The notes under the pieces were generated by a model. The model had not been told where the DNA came from and did not search any database. It was given only the letters and a program-made list of their open reading frames with translations. A DNA stretch of 64,000 nt from an uncultured archaeon (lineage in GTDB: Archaea; Asgardarchaeota; Thorarchaeia; Thorarchaeales; Thorarchaeaceae): NCBI GenBank assembly GCA_964558645.1, contig CAZLEV010000001.1:447579-511578 (forward strand), given 5' to 3'. Of this stretch, positions 59,492 to 64,000 are shown one piece after another. The translations under genes and the position numbers were made by a program. Numbering within the stretch: position 1 is the stretch's first letter; each line of letters starts with the position of its first letter.

Positions 59492-62400
59492 ATGTTTTCT
59501 ATTGGGAGCACAGAGAAGGAAGTGAAGTATGAACACCTGATTGCATCAGTTGCCCTGATTGCTGTCATTCTGCTGAGCAATGTGGCGTACACGGCCTGGA
59601 GCGCAGATATGGCCAACACGGGGCCGACAATAGCGGTTGTGCAGTTATCTTCTGATGAGGATGTTGAATGGGCAACTAACGACATAGTGACAAGGCTTCG
59701 CACGTTCATCTCTGACGATGCATTTCTCTCCAACAGAATAGTGGTCTATCAATCGGGAGATCCCAGCATCGTTCTGACTATTCAGGCTGACGTCGTCATA
59801 TGGGTCTCTCACGGAGGAATGAAGAACATTCTCAAAGGAAGCAAGCTCACAACCTGGGAGACGATGGCGGCCCTGATCGAGCAGTCCTCTCCGCAGGTTC
59901 ACCTCTTCGCAGCATGCTTCTCGATGGGTGTCTTAGATTTCGGTTCTGATGATTCAACGAAATGGGTCTATGGTGTACCCGGAAGGAGACCTGCGGAGAT
60001 CATAGACATCGATATTGCGGCTGCGGTCATGCACTATGTTGGCACACTCTCCGAAGACGTAGAGCAATATCGTACGGCAGAACTGACGGCAGTGAAGGAG
60101 CAGTGTAGCGCCGAACAGGCTCACTTCCTGTCCTTCAACCAGATCATGTTGGACAGGATATCAACGATCAATGCTGAATATCGAGATCTGATGGACGATC
60201 TAGTCGACTTTGAATATCGTAGTTCCCTGACAACCATTACCAGTGTCTCTGGCCTGACATACGACCTGCAGGTAGCTCTGATGCGCCATTTCGGGGTAGA
60301 TCACACTGGACCTGATCCTGTTCCAAGACAAGTCCAGAGCGTCTATGTGGAATTCAACAAGAGCGAGTACCGGGAGCGGGTTGGAGGCGTGTGGGGCGAA
60401 TGGACGTACTATCTTGGTCGATATAATGGCTGGATAGCGTACTCAGGGACTGAGTTGGTCTACGCAGACCAAATGATAGATGTGGAGAACAACAAGGAAC
60501 GCTTCCAGATAAGGCAGAAAGGGCTCGGCGACCTGGTCATACAATATGAGAAACAGGGCGGAACATGGGCAGAACCTCGCGTCTCCAGGAATAACTACAA
60601 CACGGGCGGAATCTGGGGAGACTTCTCCAGGGAACAGGTCTTCAAGTATGACCCGAATTGGCCTGTGGTCCCAGGTGCGTATTCTGCAACGGGTCAGCTG
60701 ACAGTTGAGGGAACCAGCGACCAAACATACACAATCGAGTCAATACCCTCGGGGTCTTCGTGGCATGGTCCTTCATTTGTGAAGGTCTTGCCCGCAACCG
60801 TGGCAATCAAGGATTTGGGCTGTTTCAGCGCAGACCTGGGTCTACTGCACCACGGAAGCTCGTCGCCAATATCTTCAACATACGTTGCCCTCTATGATGA
60901 GAACAAGGAGCTTGCCTTTCTGCTAGGCATAAGAGATGAATGGAATTCTTATGCTGAGCAGACGTTCCACGCAAAATACTTTGGAGCAGGACAGCAGACA
61001 CCTGCGGCTGAATTATACACAGACCATATCCAAGGGGATGTGAATGGCACGGTCAAGATCTACTATGACCCCTACTCCGGGATTCGTGCTGATATGCCGA
61101 CTAAGAGCGACAGCGTGATCTTAGGAGAATACAGCTTCCAGGAACATAACAGAGTCCTGAAGTATGTAGCTATTCAGAGCTATCGGTACTCCTCATATCC
61201 TGAGCATCATGAGATTGTTGACAATATCACAGTTCAGTATACGAGAATGCAATACAGTCTGTTTGAAGACGACTGCATAGCCAATGTTGGCTGGATTGCA
61301 GAGTCATCATGGGACAATGCCATGGGAACCGTACAGACGGGGATCTCGCTCCACTCAGACGGAGACCGGTTCTATTCCGGGCCGATACCCGGGAACTCTG
61401 CCAGCAGCCACGGAGCAGTATTTGCAAAGCGGCTAGAGAAGGCACTGCGCATCTCAGATGGCATTGATCTTGCTGTGGACCTCGAGCATGTGTACAACTA
61501 TGGCTATATGGGGCATGTGTATGTCGTTCTGTACGACCACAACTATGAACGTCTCCTGTCAACCTACGTCGTTGATGCATGGTATGGGTCCAGGAGCGAT
61601 GCCAGAGTCGCATACTACAAGTCTCAGGACGAGGGTGGTGGCTATCTCTACCAGACCGTGCAAAAGTCCTATAGCTGGTCTGGGGTGTTGCGAGTATGGT
61701 ACGACACAGGGAGCGGGGCGCTGAAGTACAGTATCCTGGGAAGTGGGGGAACACTGGCCAGTGCCGGGAGTTTCGACTCGACACGCACCGCGCACTGGAT
61801 AACACTTCAGTTCATGAACAAGCAGACCTATAGCTATCAGTCCAAGTACGTCAGAGACATAGAGCTCACTGCTGGCATCCCCCCTACAGAGTCAAGCTGG
61901 CATGACCCCTGTTCCTCAACAAGTGGCTGGGTCTACGACCTCTCCTGGCCAACTCCAATCTGGGGTACGGCCTCGGGATCACTGACGTCGAACGGGGAGT
62001 ACCTGCAGACAGCGAGCAACAGCGGCTGGGCAACAGGTCCCTTCTGGTACAAGGAACTGCCTGATCCCTTCTATGTGAGTCAGCTATCGGAGTTCTCGGT
62101 CACTGTGGAGTTCTCCAATCCCTCAGGCAACTACAAGGGAGGCCTTGGTGTCGCCCTGTACGATGCTGAGAAGAAGATGGTGGCGTCTGCACGAGTCATC
62201 GACTGGACGGATGCGCAGATCTCAGCCTCTACATATCTGTACTGGCACCCGGAAGGGGGTGGGTCGTACTCTGCGGGCAAGAGTGGCATCACTTCAACCA
62301 GCTGGTACGGAACCCTCACGCTCAGCTATGTTGAAGGTACAGGACTGGAAGCCACAATGCCCGGGGTGTCAGATTCGGTCATTCTCTCTCCTGAGGAACG

Positions 62401-63265
62401 CGACACCGAGTCGTCCAGACGGGTCCGGTATATTGGCATCCAGTGGCGAAGGGGTTCAGGGACATATCTGAACATGAAGCTTCATGATATCCTTCTGAAG
62501 CACTACATCAGACCACGTACCAGTGGAGGCGGTTATTCAGGCTCAGCAGGTGTGGAGCCGGATGACCCGAGTGTCACTGAGACTGAATGGACTATCCCAC
62601 CTCCCTATGACGACCCTGACCCGGAAGAGCCAGGGAACTGGTGGGAACTTGAAAACGGTTACTGGCCAAGGTATCATGTCAAGGCCGAGAAGACTGATGC
62701 GTCCAATCGGAAACTGATGATGCACATGAGCGTTGACTTCCTATGCGACTCGAGAATGGAAGCGAGCGAGGTCAACACAGGGGGAGAAACCATCAGCGAG
62801 GCAGAGGCTATCGCAAGAGAACAGGAGTTCAATGCTAAGTATACTACTGAGATTGACCCATTAGTCGTGATAGGGGTTGTAATCCTAGAAGGACTTCACT
62901 TTGTGGCATTTATCGCATCCGCATTAGGAGTAGTGAGTGCCCCAGAGTTCTTTGCCCTCTACGGTGCATACACAGTCGCGTTGATGGTGTACGCATCTCT
63001 TATTCTACATCACATAATGCAGGTCTTCGAAGATCCCTTTGATAGGTTCGCAGCATGGTTCAATGCCCTAATGTTTGCAATCATTTTCAGGGTATGGTCA
63101 GTCATCTCTATAATTCCTATTGCCATTCTGCTTAAAACGGGCATGGTGCACTTCAGTCACGACTTGCCGGAGAATACAGTCATCATGGCCTTCTGGGACC
63201 TTATCTTCCTAATATGGGCCTTTGGTGTACTACTGCTTCTATGGGAGGGAGGTAATCCATATTAA
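59492..63265 (+). CDS. Large exported multidomain protein: caspase-like (clan CD) domain, three beta-rich repeats, hydrophobic C-terminal domain
   Basis: N-terminal TM; WVSHG (H107) and FAAC (C142); three V(A/V)LYD repeats; about 4 C-terminal TM helices. Confidence 0.75.
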   Translation: MFSIGSTEKEVKYEHLIASVALIAVILLSNVAYTAWSADMANTGPTIAVVQLSSDEDVEWATNDIVTRLRTFISDDAFLSNRIVVYQSGDPSIVLTIQADVVIWVSHGGMKNILKGSKLTTWETMAALIEQSSPQVHLFAACFSMGVLDFGSDDSTKWVYGVPGRRPAEIIDIDIAAAVMHYVGTLSEDVEQYRTAELTAVKEQCSAEQAHFLSFNQIMLDRISTINAEYRDLMDDLVDFEYRSSLTTITSVSGLTYDLQVALMRHFGVDHTGPDPVPRQVQSVYVEFNKSEYRERVGGVWGEWTYYLGRYNGWIAYSGTELVYADQMIDVENNKERFQIRQKGLGDLVIQYEKQGGTWAEPRVSRNNYNTGGIWGDFSREQVFKYDPNWPVVPGAYSATGQLTVEGTSDQTYTIESIPSGSSWHGPSFVKVLPATVAIKDLGCFSADLGLLHHGSSSPISSTYVALYDENKELAFLLGIRDEWNSYAEQTFHAKYFGAGQQTPAAELYTDHIQGDVNGTVKIYYDPYSGIRADMPTKSDSVILGEYSFQEHNRVLKYVAIQSYRYSSYPEHHEIVDNITVQYTRMQYSLFEDDCIANVGWIAESSWDNAMGTVQTGISLHSDGDRFYSGPIPGNSASSHGAVFAKRLEKALRISDGIDLAVDLEHVYNYGYMGHVYVVLYDHNYERLLSTYVVDAWYGSRSDARVAYYKSQDEGGGYLYQTVQKSYSWSGVLRVWYDTGSGALKYSILGSGGTLASAGSFDSTRTAHWITLQFMNKQTYSYQSKYVRDIELTAGIPPTESSWHDPCSSTSGWVYDLSWPTPIWGTASGSLTSNGEYLQTASNSGWATGPFWYKELPDPFYVSQLSEFSVTVEFSNPSGNYKGGLGVALYDAEKKMVASARVIDWTDAQISASTYLYWHPEGGGSYSAGKSGITSTSWYGTLTLSYVEGTGLEATMPGVSDSVILSPEERDTESSRRVRYIGIQWRRGSGTYLNMKLHDILLKHYIRPRTSGGGYSGSAGVEPDDPSVTETEWTIPPPYDDPDPEEPGNWWELENGYWPRYHVKAEKTDASNRKLMMHMSVDFLCDSRMEASEVNTGGETISEAEAIAREQEFNAKYTTEIDPLVVIGVVILEGLHFVAFIASALGVVSAPEFFALYGAYTVALMVYASLILHHIMQVFEDPFDRFAAWFNALMFAIIFRVWSVISIIPIAILLKTGMVHFSHDLPENTVIMAFWDLIFLIWAFGVLLLLWEGGNPY

Positions 63266-63303
63266 CGAGTATCAGTTGATTCAGCATAACAGGAGGAGGA
63301 TTC

Positions 63304-63645
63304 ATGATACCAGATGAGATACTACTATGCATCCAGATCATCGGGGTTGTCGGACTCGCCCCTGTGCTACTAGGAGCAGTGCTCCTAGCCGCATATCTTC
63401 AACTGGAGGTGTTCGGAACCAAGTGGACAGTAATGATGATTCTTGCAGGGCTGATAGCTTGGTATGCGGTTCCTTTGGCATACCTCTGGACCATGAGTGG
63501 TCCGCTTTTCCATGAACTACTCAGTGACTATCCTGTTCGCCTGCATCTGGTCACGCCGGGTCTTGTCGCGTACCCGTTAGTATTTTGGCTGAAATATGAG
63601 CTGGAGAAGAGGAGAACAAGAGATAAAGGCAATAGTGACGAATAG
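63304..63645 (+). CDS. Small three-TM protein (candidate immunity protein)
   Basis: AGGAGG RBS; directly follows the large protein. Confidence 0.7.
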   Translation: MIPDEILLCIQIIGVVGLAPVLLGAVLLAAYLQLEVFGTKWTVMMILAGLIAWYAVPLAYLWTMSGPLFHELLSDYPVRLHLVTPGLVAYPLVFWLKYELEKRRTRDKGNSDE

Positions 63646-63654
63646 CTCCGGAAG

Positions 63655-63803
63655 ATAGTGACTCTTGTACTGGCTCATCTCGGCATTGCAGGGAGATGTG
63701 AGGCCAACAACAACCATGGCCTCTTCGATACACGCTTCCTCTGCAAGTGTGTCTGGTGGCACTAGCCATATGGGATGGAGGGAATCAATTACATGATGTT
63801 TGA
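63655..63803 (+). pseudogene. Degenerate copy of the large protein's C-terminal tip
   Basis: LVALAIWDGGNQL versus VLLLLWEGGNPY; frameshifted. Confidence 0.55.
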
Positions 63804-63832
63804 AAGAGTTCGGCCTTTGTGGAGGTCTTCTG

Positions 63833-64000
63833 ATGATACCGAATGAGGTGCTTCTGGAAATCCTGCTTCTTACTTTGGTTGGAGCGTTCGTAGGGATGTT
63901 TGCCGCGATGGTCATAACTGCATACTTGCACTCCGAGATGTTTGAAGGTAAGTGGACCCTGCTGATGATTATCTGGACGACAGGACTTGCCTATGCAGTC
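63833..64000 (+). CDS. Paralog of the small TM protein (runs off the window)
   Basis: MIPNEVLL...AYLHSEMFEGKWTLLMI..YAV aligns ungapped with MIPDEILL...AYLQLEVFGTKWTVMMI..YAV; GGAGG RBS. Confidence 0.8.
   Translation, partial: MIPNEVLLEILLLTLVGAFVGMFAAMVITAYLHSEMFEGKWTLLMIIWTTGLAYAV

Noticed and set aside
1-64000. Numerous antisense or overlapping ORFs in the track; tRNA, rRNA and selenoprotein genes
   Set aside because: The ORFs are shadows of well-supported genes; no RNA gene or in-frame UGA at a catalytic Cys was recognised by eye

Overview
Archaeal chromosomal segment, most likely from an Asgard archaeon (Thorarchaeia-like). This is inferred from a Rab-like GTPase, an arrestin-fold protein, a 22-aa LRR protein, zinc-ribbon membrane proteins and many peptidases. 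The backbone encodes redox and sulfur-relay genes, peptidases, transporters and a BMP-type nucleoside ABC system. Three accessory loci stand out. (1) A ~10.8 kb integrated element (12474-23242) bounded by a 14-bp imperfect direct repeat and internal inverted repeats. It encodes a tyrosine integrase, an AAA+ replication protein with 9-bp iterons, a putative annealing protein, its own TFB-like factor and two divergent unannotated RHH regulators. It also carries decayed mirror-image fragments of its own genes and a ~680-nt highly self-complementary non-coding region with TTCCACGTGGAA three times. (2) Two divergent arginine-deiminase-like paralogs with different catalytic-site substitutions, lying between two DMT transporters. 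(3) A 1257-aa protein with a caspase-like His/Cys dyad, three beta-rich repeats and a hydrophobic C-terminus. It is followed by a small membrane protein, a degenerate copy of the C-terminus and a second paralog of the small protein, which resembles a polymorphic toxin/immunity locus. No rRNA, tRNA or CRISPR array was recognised. All calls come from reading motifs by eye; no searches were run.
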